The notes beneath the pieces are model-generated. The model had not been told where the DNA came from. It worked only from the letters and a program-made list of their open reading frames with translations, and ran no database searches. Position numbers and translations under genes: made by a program. 64,000 nucleotides of DNA from contig NC_045697.1 in assembly GCF_009834535.1 (NCBI RefSeq), forward strand, positions 46,502,001-46,566,000, in the 5' to 3' direction. The stretch comes from Camelus ferus. Taxonomy: Eukaryota. This document shows, in pieces, positions 37,295 to 50,329 of the stretch (the first letter of the stretch is position 1; each line of letters begins with the position of its first letter).

Positions 37295-38692
37295 AGAAGG
37301 AAGCCTTTCTGGCCCAAATCTAAACCTACACCCTCCAGTCAGTTTCACAGTAATTAAAGGTGATAATTTTATCTTCATTTTACCTATGTCTTTATGCTCA
37401 ACTAGTTCTAAACTTGAGATGAAAAGAAAGAGTGTTTCTGATTGACCTTAATCTCAACATTTTCCCCCTAAATTTTGCTAGTTAAGTCTAGTCAAAATGA
37501 TCCTTTGGTTTTATAGACTTCTAAGTCTAACAATAAATTTTAAAGTCCTCTCTGGTCTCCCCATAACTTACTCAGAAATTTGATGACTTTCCAAATGGAG
37601 AATTTTAACATAAAGGAAACATTTTATTTCAAATTAGAATAAAGTATGAACAAAAATGAACATTTAAAAACCCCAAATGACTTAATGGTCTTGAATCATT
37701 TTCATTTCCATATTAACTGACAAAATGCATGTCTGTTTCATAGTTGCTGTTTTTGCATAACATACACATCCTGCTTTTCCATTTCACATTACTTTAAACC
37801 CATTTTTCTGTGTTTTCATAAAATCATCATAATTATGCAGTAATCACTGTTATGTGCTTAATTTACCAAATCATATCCTAGCTTAAATGCTTAGATTCTC
37901 TCCTGATTTCTTCTTCTAGTAGAAGACAAAGGATGTTCTTTATAAAGTATAAGTTCTTTATAAGTATAAAATTTGATTCTATTTACTTTTTTCCTTCATA
38001 TATATCACTAGGAGTACGGTTACTGGGTTAAAGGTATAAATATATTTATGGTTGTAGTTAACTATTCAAGCATTTTTTTCATATTTTTCTTTTTAAAAAT
38101 CACACCTCTAAAGATGATGATATTGTGTTAGTAATTTGCATTTGAGCTTTTTTCCCTAAGTTTCAAAATAATTGGTATATTTTCATCTTATTTGTTGTTT
38201 CCCCCAAAACTGGAATATTACAGACAAGAACACTGAGGTGGAAAACAATGCAAGGAATATGATTGTGTTCAGGTGTTACCAAAGCTGGATTAAAAAAATG
38301 ACATTTATGTAATACAAATATCTGGATATATACAAGTAGACAAATGGTTTTTCTGAAATTTTTCAATATTTTCATCTGGATGTTAGATGTCATGTAAATA
38401 TACTTTGCTCCCAATTAGAATATCAATTGCAAAATAGCAACAAACATTAAGAGATGCTCCCATAATTTAAAGCAACTTCAACTTGGAACAGAATTTACTA
38501 ACACTGATATAGCATAAAATGGTAATTTCTATTTTATTATTTCAGGAAGACTAAGGTTGTAAAGTAGTAATTAAATGTATGGAATACTATTTCCCAAGAG
38601 CTACTAAAATTATTCTAGAATTCTTTCCCTTATTTCTTACATTTTACTAAGCCATGATTCCCTTGTTTAAAAAATCTATGAATTGTGTTTAT

Positions 38693-39003
38693 TTTTATGG
38701 ATTGAATGTTTGTATCCCTCCACATTTCATATGTTGAATCCCTAATCCATAATGTGATGGAATTAGGAGATGAAGCCTTTGGGAGGTAATCAGATTTACA
38801 TGAGGTTATAAAAATGGAGCTCCCATGATGGGATTAGTGTCCTTATTAGAAGATGAAGGGACCAGAGCTCTCTGTTTCTGCCATGTAAGGATATAGTAAG
38901 AAGGCAGCTGCCGGCAAGCCAGGAAGAAGGTTTTCACCGAGAGTCAACCATGAGCCACCCAGCCAATGGTATTTGTTATAGCAGCCTGAGCTGACAATTA
39001 ACA
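38693..39003 (+). mobile_element. MaLR solo LTR (MLT1A-type), internally deleted
   Basis: tatggattgaatgtttgtatccctcc...ttcatatgttgaa...gcctttgggaggtaat...tttgttatagcagcctgagctgac. Confidence 0.85.
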
Positions 39004-39573
39004 TACAGTTCTAGCTTTTCCTCTAGTCCAGTTGCAGACACATATGACAGTTAATCAGACTTATAATGATAGCCTGGAATATGCATTATTTGCTTAAAAT
39101 AACTGTCAATTACTTGTATGAAATCAGAGCTTTCTGTACCTTGTTTCGAATTTATTCTTGAAGATTTCCAGGATAAAAATCCATGGAAACCTTCAAATTT
39201 CATCTAGCAGCATTGTGGACTCATCTGCTAAAAGAAATCTTAGAGTAAAGACCTTTGTTAACTGAAAACATAAAAGCTAAATAATTACCTGTATAATTAA
39301 ATTCCCATATCATTTTTTCCATTAGTGTATCATTGTTTAGAAAAATTAATTTTTAGTCTTTTTATATTAAGCTGTATTCAGCTCTTAGGGTATAGATTGG
39401 AACTCTAAAATTAAGAAGATAAAATAAGCCAATCCTCACTGTCACTCAGCCTGATTGTGATAGGTCTTAAATCTGACAATAGTATGTTTACATTATCACA
39501 ATATCCTTTGACCTAAAATTATAAAAAATAATTTGCAAATTATGAGAGCATAATTTAAGAATAAAACTCAGGG

Positions 39574-39882
39574 AGGGTGGGAAGGGATAGACGGGATTTC
39601 AAAATTGTAGACTAGATAAACAAGATTATACTGTATAGCACAGGGAAATATACACAAGATCTTATGGTAGCTCACAGAGAAAAAATGTGACAATGAATAT
39701 ATATATGTCCATGTATAACTGAAAAAATCGTGCTCTACACTGGAATTTGACACAACGTTGTAAAATGATTATAAATCAATATAAAATGTTATATTGTTTA
39801 AAAAAAGAAAGAAAATCTGAGCCTTTACCTTGCTTTAATAATTAAAGTTTTGTTCTCTAAAAAATAATAATAAATAAATAAA
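39574..39882 (+). mobile_element. Young camelid L1 3'UTR insertion carrying extra non-L1 3' sequence
   Basis: L1 3'UTR to about 39785, then an A-rich run, unique sequence at 39816-39858, and a second A-rich tail. Perfect 18-bp TSD taagaataaaactcaggg at 39556-39573 and 39883-39900. Confidence 0.92.
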
Positions 39883-39920
39883 TAAGAATAAAACTCAGGG
39901 TGCAATCAGCTTTCTTTTTG

Positions 39921-40846
39921 TGTTCTGAGACCAATTTCAGTATGTGTTTGTTTGAGGGGGGTCTTCCCCACAGTAACAAACAATTCTTGGACAGGGTGTC
40001 AAAGAATTCAACTTAATTCCAACACAATCTACCCAGAGGTAGCATCAGATTTCACAGGTTAAGGGTTCAGTCCTACAAGACTGTCCCCTGCCCCACCTAC
40101 TAACTTCAGACACCAGTTTTAAGTCCAGACTTCTACCTCTGTTTCTGATCAACCAGCTACAGATTGGAGATTTCAACGATCTCCTCCTTGGACTTCATAT
40201 GCCAATCAAAAGTCCAGGTTGTTACCTGTCCTTCTAACTGACTGGCTATAAACCAGAGGTTCCCTCGGCCCCTCCTTGGGTTTGATTAACTTGCTAGAGT
40301 AGCTCACAGATCTCAGAGAAACATTTTACTTAGTAGTTTATTATAAAAGGACATAACTCAGTAACAGCCAGATGGAAGAGATTTGTAGGGTAAGTTATAT
40401 GGGAGAGGGCAGTGTGGAACTTCTATGCCCTCTACAGACACCTTACTTTCCCCAAATCTCCATGTGTTCACCAATCCAGAAATTCTCTGAACCCAGTCCT
40501 TTCAGGTTTTAATGAAGGGCTCATTACATAGGCATGACTGATTAAATAGGTAGCCCTTGGCAATTGATTCAACCTCCAGCTCCTCTCTTCTTTCCTGATC
40601 TGGGGTGAGATTGAAACCCTCTAAACACGGTCTTGTGGCAACCAGCCCCCATCCCTAGATGGAGTCCAAAAATCACTTCACTAATATAACTAAAGTCACT
40701 TTTTATCACTCTCAACCCTAAGGAAATTTCAAAGGCTTTTGGGAGCTTTGGGTCAGGAACCATGGGTGAAGACCAAACATATATAAGAAATATATTTTGG
40801 TCATCTGAATGACCCAACATATATTTCTTATAAATCACAATACTGT
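39921..40846 (-). mobile_element. MER21-type ERV LTR
   Basis: agcatcagatttcacaggttaagggttcagtcctacaagactg. The right end reverse-complements to tattgtgatttataagaaatatat, like the MER21 start. Confidence 0.85.
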
Positions 40847-41129
40847 AAGCTTTTAAAAGAAAAAAAAGCAGTATAAAAATAAACTATTATACAGCAGATA
40901 AATTATATAATGAGTAACCTAAATCAGAAATGGGTGTATCAATTTCAGAAGGGTTAATTTTTTTCACTCATAAAATGAAGGTTTCCCCTTTACAGAAATT
41001 ATTTTTTTGATTTGTAAAAATTCCATTTGACAAAAATTTTCAGGAGTATGTACTCCTTGCCCTCTTGTTGTGTGTCTTTTCAGGAAGTACTGATATTTCA
41101 AACAGAAGTATAACAAGTTACCATACTAA

Positions 41130-41708
41130 AAAAAAGTGACAGAATGGTTGTATGAGTAAAAGGAAAGAGGTGAAGTAACCCAGATACCAGGAACTGTACA
41201 AAGCCGCTATCACTCCTAGAATAGAGGAAGGAAAATCAGCCAGATCCGTGATCATTGTGTAGCTGAGGCTGCTGTAACTGCTGCCACTGGAACCAGTGGA
41301 AAGAAACCAGGAGGTCATCTCACAAAGGACACTGCAAGATCCCAAAGCTTGTAGCTGCTGGATCCAGACCCCAAGAGCACATGCTCTTGGAGCATCTGAA
41401 GCACCTCCTGCCTCTACCACCTCTACAACAGAAACCTGAACAGAAGCCTGGAGTCCATACTCCTATGGAGAAGCTGTTCCTTTGCTGTTATTCCCACCAC
41501 TGCCCAAGGCACAGCCTACAGGAGAAATGCAAAAGAAAAATGCCTTGTTTCCTTTCCACCACCTCCCATTGCAGGAACAGGAAGCCAGCTAGTGAGACAG
41601 TGGGGGTGGGTGGGAAATGTAGTTTCCAGGCTTCTAGCCAGCCTTGACATGGAACAGAGCACAGAAAAATTGGAATAGACAAAGAAAAAACAGATAAATG
41701 ATGTCACA
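41130..41708. mobile_element. Ancient LTR (LTR78/LTR79-like)
   Basis: cctcccattg...ggaagccagct...gggaaatgtagtttccaggcttctagcc...agagcacagaa. GC-richer island. Confidence 0.45.
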
Positions 41709-42299
41709 ACCCTACATACATAGTGTATAACTGGTAAATATATTTTTCTTCTTCAAGTACTTTAAAGATAGAACAGTTAAATTAATAATTATACTTGTGA
41801 CCTGGTCTTACCTGCAATTTTTGTGTCATGTTTGCTTCTTGAATCTGATTAACTAGAATACTTCTCTTATCTTCTTTTTAATATGTGGGGTTACGTGGTT
41901 TCCAGTACCCTACATACAAGATTAACACTTCTGTGCAGGAAGTATCTCCTTTCAAGCTTGTAATACCCTTCACATGGAAGATCAGTGAGGGAAATTTTTA
42001 TATTCTGAACAAAAACAAAATCAAATGTATATACTAAAATCATTTGCCTAAAAGTTTATGTTGTTCTCAAATAAAAATGCATTTCTTGCATTAAAAAATA
42101 ATTATTTAATTCTTGTGCTTTGAACATGATTTAACAGGAGATTGGACTACCTACATACACACAAATAATATATGATTAGAACTGAGGTAAATTCCTTTTC
42201 CCTCAGGGAGACAAGATGATTTCCTGATCATCGGGGAACATAGATCCCGGTACGTGTTGGCTATCTCAGCCCATCCTCATTCCAGGGGCAGCTACTACA

Positions 42300-42969
42300 G
42301 TTGCAGGCTCTGCTCTGACCACTTTCAATGCTGATGCTGACTGCCTGGTGTTAGACCACCCACCTGGGGTTTCCAGGGCTACCCTCACTTCTGACCAACT
42401 GACTACAAACTTGGCATTCCCATTACCCCTCAGTTTTGATAACTATCCAGAACAACTCACAGAAGCATTATACTTATGAGAACAGTTTTATTAGAGCACA
42501 AAAGGATATAAATCAGAACCAGATAAAAGAAGAGGTGCATAGGAGGAGTCTGAGAGGGTTCTAAACATGAAGCTTCCAGTTTCATCTCTAAATGGAGTCA
42601 GAATGCATCACTCTCCCAGCACATCGACATATAGCAACATGCACAGAACACTGCCAACAAGGAAAGTTCCTTCAAGCTTTGATGTCCAGGGCTCTATTGG
42701 GATTTCATTAAGTGAGCACATAGCACTGGCTATGTGATGAACTCCAGCCCCTCTTTCCTCCCTGGAGGTCCAGTTGATATCACTTGGCTCAAAGCCCTAC
42801 TCTCTAATTACCTTGTTGGTGTATTTGGTATCGTCAGCTTCATTACCAGAAACTGTTTAGGGGCTCACTGTGAGTAGCAAAGACACTCCTATTACTCCAG
42901 AAATTCCAGAAATGTGTAGGATACCTCTCAGGAATCAGAGAGAAAGGCCAGCCAATTATTTATTATGCA
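42300..42969 (-). mobile_element. MER21C/MER77-type ERV LTR
   Basis: cacttctgaccaactgactacaaacttgg...agaacaactcacagaa...caaagacactcctattactc...gaaattcca. Confidence 0.75.
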
Positions 42970-43779
42970 GGACTAGTTTTTAAACCAATCCTTAAAATGG
43001 CAAACGCTTTTTATCTTCTTTCATGTCAATAAATGAGATCTGAAGTATTCTTATTGTTCTAAACCTAGCAAACAGAGCCAAATTAGCCTCCATTCTTAGG
43101 GTTATTGGAAAATGCGTCTGCACCTCTTTGACTGGCAGTTCTAACACGGACACACTCCATCCACACCTAGGAACAAAACTGCCTTTAACTTCTGTATTTA
43201 AACTCTGCCCAAAGCCTCCCATTGTCTTGCCTTTGCCCATCCAGTGAGACCCCTCCAACAATGACTGCAGCATGAATTTAGACTGAGCATCTTCATCCCC
43301 TTTGGACAACATGATTCGGGGCTGTGGCTACTTTCTACTGTTTCTGCCAGTTCCCCAAAAGGACCCAACAGAATGCACACAGGTTATGACAGAACAAAGA
43401 ATTTCAATTTCAGACAAGAAGCTTATCATTAATATCAGTTTGCCAGGTGTTTTGGAGAGAAGGAACTAATAAAAATTATTTCTTAATGATATTATATTGA
43501 AAAGAATATTTCAAAATAAATAAAAAGTAGAGTTCGATCTGATGATTTTCTCTGGCTGTTACTTCATTAATTCCTAAGAAAATGTTAAGCTGGATTAATA
43601 TTACCTACCTACTATTAGTATGATGTTTTAGAAAATATAATAAGAATGCTGAATGTGAAATTGAGAAATAGGTTATCACTTTTCATCACCTTTGGTAGAC
43701 TAATGATAACTTGGATTATTTCAATGACATGTCAACAGAGGAGCCCACAGTAAATTAAATTATTGATCAAAATTGATTA

Positions 43780-44462
43780 GTTCCCTTTGGTAATTGCATA
43801 CATCTTAACTTTGCCGTGACCTTGAGGCAGACAAAGTGTACTTCCCTCACCCTTAGCCACATGACTTGCTTTGGTCAAAAAGATGTGAGCAGATGTGATG
43901 TAAGCAGAGGACTGAGTTGTGCTTGTGTTTGGCCATATCTTGTACACGTCTGCAGTTGCAGGAGAAGAACTGGCCTGGACAGCTAATGCAGTGTCAGTCT
44001 GGGCCCCAGAATTCTCACACAGGGAGCAGCCCTGAGTCTGACCTGCAGCAGAGAATGAAATGATGAAATGCAGAAAATCGTATCTACAAGTCAGTTGCTG
44101 CCGTAACAAATACTTGAAATATGTGGCATTGGCTTTGGGATAAAGTGGCAGAGAGCAAAGAAACTTTGATGAGAGTCTAGAAAAATGTTATTTGGTGTCA
44201 AAACATTTGGCAAAACAGTCACCTGTGAGAACTCCAAAGAAAGAAAAGAGGTATCTATTGAACTCCCATCTTTGGAGAAGATTTCAAGCCAGAACCTTGC
44301 AAATGTGCTGATTGTTACCAGATGCATTTGATAAGTTCCTACAATACTGAAATGAGCTCAGAAAAGAACTCACTGATGAGCAGGAATAAATAATCATTTT
44401 CAGCCACTGAGTTTTGGGGTGCTTCATTATAAAGCACTATTGTGGCAACAGTTGACAGATAA
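43780..44462 (+). mobile_element. MaLR element (MLT1H-like LTR, internal fragment and 3' LTR end)
   Basis: LTR: gccacatgacttgctttggtcaa...gcagatgtgatg. Internal: gctgccgtaacaaatac...atgtggcattggctttggga. LTR end: gccactgagttttgggg...gtggcaacagttgac. Confidence 0.75.
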
Positions 44463-44964
44463 AGTACCTAAAATCTACATTAGTTTTAACCGAACATCCC
44501 TATGGTCTTCTTTCCTTATATAAGTATTGGCCAATCTCCATGGATGTTATGAGGAATACAAAAAAAGAATTAGTCTGCTTACAGAATTATTGGTATTTGT
44601 GGGTAAACTTTATTTTCAGATGAAGTAATTTTAAATACTATATTTAATGAAAAGAATGTTAGTAATTTTAGATATCAGTAATTTTATAAATACAAATATA
44701 TATTACATATATATTTTTAAATGGGCTCTAGCATTCTTACTTCAAGACATTCTAAATATTGAAGGGTTGATGAAAACTCTGAAAAATTAATAACTAAATT
44801 ATGTTATACTTATTAGTTTTGCCTGTCAGTAAGAGAATAACAAATATTCTTCTATTTATTTTACTTGCTGGTGAATGCACCTCTGACCAGTTGAAGGCAT
44901 ATCTGAGTTGAACTGAACCAAAATGGCCAGTGTGATTAATTTGGTTTAAATTACTACTGATGTG

Positions 44965-45102
44965 TTTTTGTTGCTGTTGTTGTCTTTTGGGGGGAGGTAG
45001 TTAGGCTTATTTATTTATTTATTTAAATGGAGGCACTGGGCATTGAACCCAGGACCTCATGCATGCTAGGCATGTACCCTAGCACTGTGCTATACCTTCC
45101 CC
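44965..45102 (-). mobile_element. Camelid SINE (Vic-1 type)
   Basis: ggggaggtagttagg...tggaggcactgggcattgaacccaggacctcatgcatgcta...gctataccttcccc. Confidence 0.9.
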
Positions 45103-47599
45103 TTGGAGTCTTAATTCTAGGAAGAGACCCCATCAATTTCTAGCCCAGTACAAGCCAATAAGGTTGCAGTGCCAGGGTTAATGTTTATGCCTGTGTCCTG
45201 GCTCAGTACATTAACCCCAAATGAAGACCAACTAAAAGCAGTCTAAACATGAGATGGGCTGCCAGAGGAGATTGTCAGCATTATAGCAACATGTGCATAT
45301 TTATTCACCTCAGTTGTCTGATTGAGAAGGCGTGTCTATATCCACAAAGGGCAAATACTTGGCACACAGTGAAACCATACACTTGTAATATAATGAGAAA
45401 ATAAACATGATTATTATGTGGCCAAGAAGTTCATTATCTGACAGAAACAACAACGAAGTCCACACCTTGTATTTACTTCAGGAAATTTTGTGCACTATCC
45501 CAATCCATTTTTTACACTCCCTTCCTTTGGTAGTCCAACCAGAAAGAAAAATAAAAGTCCAACATGGACACAAACCAGAAAAGGAGAGAAAATCCCTCAC
45601 TGTTATAGGAATCCACAAAGTAAAGTTCAAATTTAAATTGTGTCAAACATTCCAAGTTTAACATAAATATTTTAAAATATTTGCTCAGTGTCTACATTCA
45701 AACATATCCAGAAAACTCATCCAGTAAAATCGATTTCTTATTCCTCAGTGAGCTTTCCAGTCTGAGTCACAAACCTCATAAGAGGGACACCTTACCACAG
45801 GCCACAGATTTCTTTCTCTATTTCTTTTGTAACTGGGAAAAAATAGTCTGTTTCCATTGCTTAACTTGCAATTTTATTCCCTATGCCAAACCAGACCTTT
45901 GGCTGTCCTTTCCTTAAAAATATACACTTTCCTAGTATTAAGGACTTCTAAAATTTTTCCACAAGAGGTTTCTTTCTTTTTCTTAGTAATTTTTGTTTTG
46001 TTTGCTAGAAATGAAATATAAAGAAACACACTATTTTTAAAACCTCACTTTAATTCGTTGGGTGATGATGGAGCTAAAATATGTGCTGTTAATATGGAGC
46101 AATCAAAATATTAAAGCCAAGGTTATCTGCATCCAACCAATGTGATGAGACCCACTGGGTATGGAATTCTGGACTTCACTTGCCCTGGGAGTTCAAAGGC
46201 TATAGCAGCAAGCTATTAGCATATTTCCCACAGACAGAGCAGTGGAATGACTGAATATTTAACCAGTGCCAAAACATCACATTGCACCTACTCTGCTTGA
46301 GAATTGAAACCTGTCAGCTCCTAAATTGTGTGCATTTTCAAGCAGTTAGCACAGTTTACTGTCTGAAAACCATCACATCACCCCCATTCTTAAAGCCAAT
46401 TGTTTCATAAATGTTAAGTTAAAGGATAATGTTATACTTCCAACCATAATTGGCAGACAGGGATCATGTGTTCCATGTATGTTTTATCATTGACTCAAGA
46501 GGGAAGTGCAGAGAGAGGCGTCGGAACCACTATTCATTTTGGGGGGCATATAAGAGTGGGTTTTTTAAGTAAATGAATTAAAAAAACTCACACTCCACTT
46601 TTGGGACAATCTGATGTCATCCCAAAAGAAACTGGTCAAGTTTCTATGGTATTTCACATCTGCAAGGCACAGCGTTACTTCCATCAGCTGTCAACGTTGC
46701 TACTAAAATTAAGATGAGGAACTCCACAGTTCAAGCAACTTAAGTGGGTTTGGAAATTACATTTGCTCATGCTCTCTTTATAACGTTAAGGTTTTGGTGA
46801 GTATAGTATGTGGAAGGAGCTCATTGTAGGATTTATTTCTACATATTTAGCAGCAGCCTAAGTTCAAGGGGTATGATGTCGGTTTGAGATTTCTCAGTTC
46901 TACTTCACTGGGTTGGAATGCCCTGCCACAGTTTGGCCCAGAGATGCTATTTCCTCTGGACTGGAGTTATAAAGAAAGCAATTTAAAATGCATAAACACA
47001 GTGCCTGAGCCATGCCATATATTCACCACCCAGCAGGGCATCATGCTAAGAGCTGCCTCACTTCCTAACTGTTCAACTGAAGGCCTCACTCCCTTCCCAA
47101 CGATTAATATTCATGTGAATTTGTACCAGAGGGTTCAGGCAGAATGAAAAGCAACATACTGGAACATCACAGAATTAACCTGAAATTTCTAAGCCCAAAT
47201 TTCCCCCAGAATATGCTTTACAAAATGAAGAATCAGTGATTTTTACTTTATCACTATTTTTGACTGCAGTAAAAAAAAATAGAGAGTTAGATATCAGAAA
47301 GCCTGAGTTTTAGCTTTGGCTCAGACACCAAATAATTAGATAATTCAACCAATGTTTATAGTTATGTTCACGATATGCTTATCACAGTGGTAACTGCCAG
47401 AGCACAGAGGAAATTCATAGCCTTTGCTCTTACGAAGTCCACAGTCTGGCGGTAGGAACTAAACAGATACTTTATTTTGGTAAGTGAGAACTTTGCCAGT
47501 CTACAGATGCTATCAGTAGACTGGAAGAATTAAAGTAGCTGATTTTTTAGCTGTGATTTTATGATTTGGTACTAAAAATATACCCACAAGTCAAGTATT

Positions 47600-47810
47600 T
47601 TCAAAATGTACAACGTATCAAGCACCATGCTTTGCACTTTGCATGTGTATTGTCCCTTAATTCCCACAAGAACACAATGAGGCCGGCTGGCTACCACTGC
47701 GGAGATGTTATGCAACTGGCCCAAGGTCACACAGCTGGTTAGCGGCAGACTCAGAGTGGGGACCCCGGTCTGCCTGTCTCCAAAGGCCACGCTCTTACAA
47801 CTGATATAAA
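47600..47810 (-). mobile_element. MIR
   Basis: caactggcccaaggtcacacagctggttagcggcagact...ggtctgcctgtctccaaagg. Confidence 0.8.
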
Positions 47811-48139
47811 CCACCTCAAAATAAGAATATACTAAGGACTGTCCATCAGGGATGTGATTAAGGTGGAATTATAGCCTACAAGATAAAAAGTCATGACACA
47901 TTTTCATGGTGGAACTGCTGTGTTGAGGGGAAGATTGAGCAGAATCATTTCTGGATCACATCTGCTTTGAGATTAAGTACAGATACGTACTGTTATAGTT
48001 CATAATTTATATTTTTCTTATTAAATAATAATCAAGAGGAGAACGTGAGCTGGGATGTGGTGGCTGGGAATCATAAAACATGTTATTTGTCTGCATACAC
48101 TTACTGTTGGCTGGCCGAAGTAGAAACCACTTCACAATC

Positions 48140-48275
48140 CGCAGAGGCAGCAGCATGGTGTTCTGGAAAGAGCCTGGCCCCGGGAACCCGACTCTTGCCA
48201 ACGACTCTGCATGACGTTGGGAACTCGTTTCCTTTAACTGGGATTCAGTGCTCCTATCTGTTAAGTGAGGACAAT
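48140..48275 (+). mobile_element. MIR fragment
   Basis: gaggcagcagcatggtgttctggaaagagc...ttcagtgctcctatctgttaagtgagg. Confidence 0.55.
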
Positions 48276-48519
48276 GGATCTGGTTCAGCTTTTAGCTTCT
48301 GTGACAGTTTCCAAAGGAATTAAGCCCCATGATTTTGATGGTCTGACTTTAGAAGTAGAAAGCCTGATGTCCACTAAATACATACATTGATTGGCCCTTG
48401 GCCTTTGTTTCCTATTGGAAACACTTTTCCTTTCTCTAACCCTCACCTGAACACACACATACATACACTTGTTCCTCCTCCTCTTCCTCTCTCTGTCTCT
48501 CTCTCTCTCTTTCCATGGG

Positions 48520-49820
48520 TCTCTTTGTGTCTGTCTCTTACCTGGCTAAACACTAATCATTTTTTTCAGGTCTTCACTTGGAAATCACTGTTTGGGAAGC
48601 TCTCAGTGTTTCCCAAAGTCTTAGTTATGTGTCTTCCTACCAACATCTATAAAAGTACTCTGTACTTCCTCTGTCCCTGAGTTTATGTGAGGGTTAGATT
48701 ATATATAACATGTACAGCGCTTGGCAATATGCTTGGCACATGAAAGTACCCAAGAGCTAACCTCATCATCACCACCATTAAAATGATTATTAAACTTATG
48801 ACACCTGTTTTTTAATTAGCCTCTTTGATCCTCTGTGTCATCTACTAAGCGTTAGCATTGAGAGGGCAAGGACCCTAACAGTCTGACTTGTTGCATCACC
48901 AGCAGCTTAGCACTGTGAATAACAAGAGGAGGTAAATATGTCCTAATTAATTAATATTAAATAACACACAACAATTTGCATAAGGAGACTTTCACTCATG
49001 CAACACAGCAAGTCGAGCCTTTAAGCACATTCTAGTGGAACAGACTGAAACATGCGATTTAATTTAGAACAACTTGTTATGAGCGCTGTAATAAAGTTTT
49101 GAATTAAGTTTTATGGAGACATAGAAAAAGAAGTAATTGACTCTGCCTGGGGGGTGAGGTACACAAAACTTATGTTGAGCTTTGAAGAACCAGGGTGATT
49201 TAACAGCAGAGATGTGAAGGAGGGATTATTTCACAGAGAAAAAAATGGTATAAATAAAAACATAAAGTGGGAAACTGCATTATGTGTTTGCACCACTGAC
49301 TTTTTCGATCCCTGGGATAGTGCAATGGAGGGTAAGGAATAAGTTTATTAGAGAGTAAAGAGAGATGAGGATGGGAAGAAGGAGGGAGGTTAAGACTTTG
49401 AAGGGTCTTAAATGTCATGCTTGCATACAGTAATACGAAGCTTTCAAAAAGCTTTTCCTCATCTCTTAGTCACTGCTCAACCCCCTGCAATCTATATCTT
49501 GTATCTTATTGAAAATCTAGGTAAGCATTCACCTCAACTATTACATTGGGATGATGGTTTGACTTTTCCTCTTGTCCACCCTCCACCCTCGTTCAGCCAA
49601 GGGCCAAATCCTCTTAATGCTACCTCCGAAGCACCTCTCAAATTCAGAACGTCATGTCCATTCTTTCCCCCACTGACCAAATTCAGGTCATTAAACTGCT
49701 GTCTACCTGATCTCCTACTCACATCATCTCCTAAATACCCTTCACACTGTGGCCATTTACTTCTGAAACATTGACCATCGATCTGACCCATTAAGCTTCT
49801 CCTCTAAACTTTACCTTTAA
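48520..49820. mobile_element. Cluster of L2/MIR fragments in both orientations
   Basis: L2 3' motifs such as gagagggcaaggacc...agcttagcactgtg, antisense gttgagctttgaagaa, and sense cttcacactgtggcca. Confidence 0.5.
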
Positions 49821-49860
49821 TCTGCCAGAACCACTGTTTATTCTCCCTTTAATGTGTTGT

Positions 49861-49955
49861 GTGCTGACTTCAGTAGCACATAGACTAAAATTGGAATGAT
49901 ACAGGGAGGATCAGCATGGCCCCTGGGCAAGGATGACACAAATGTGTGAAGCATT
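49861..49955 (+). pseudogene. RNU6: U6 snRNA retropseudogene
   Basis: gtgctgacttcagtagcacatagactaaaattggaatgatacagggaggatcagcatggcccctgggcaaggatgacacaaatgtgtgaagcatt aligns to U6 from its first base. CpGs are decayed, the ACAGAGA box is mutated to ACAGGGA, and an A-rich tail follows. Confidence 0.95.
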
Positions 49956-50329
49956 AAAATAATAATATTTTGTAAGAAGAAAGTATTTTAGCAACACTCC
50001 ACACGTTAAAAGGTTCCACATTTTCCTTTTAGACTACTCTATTATGAGTTTGATCAATGAGGTCACAATCAGTGGCTAAATTATTACAGATCTGGTGAAT
50101 AAAATCAACTTTCTATGAAAAATATTTTAAAGGTTTAAATGAACAATATATAACAAATAGACTCACAAATATAATTTGCTATTAAAGAGTTCCTAGTCTC
50201 CAGGTTATAAATCAATATTCCTTTAATCTATTTACATAATCCTCTTATTATTATAGAAAGCTCTTTTCTTAGCGAAGCAAGTTGGAAATTCACTTTCTAA
50301 AAAGATCCAAAATAAATATTAATTATTTT

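Noticed and set aside
49861..49955. Functional U6 snRNA gene
   Set aside because: The ACAGAGA box is mutated, CpGs are decayed, the 3' U-tract is missing, and no promoter is recognisable.
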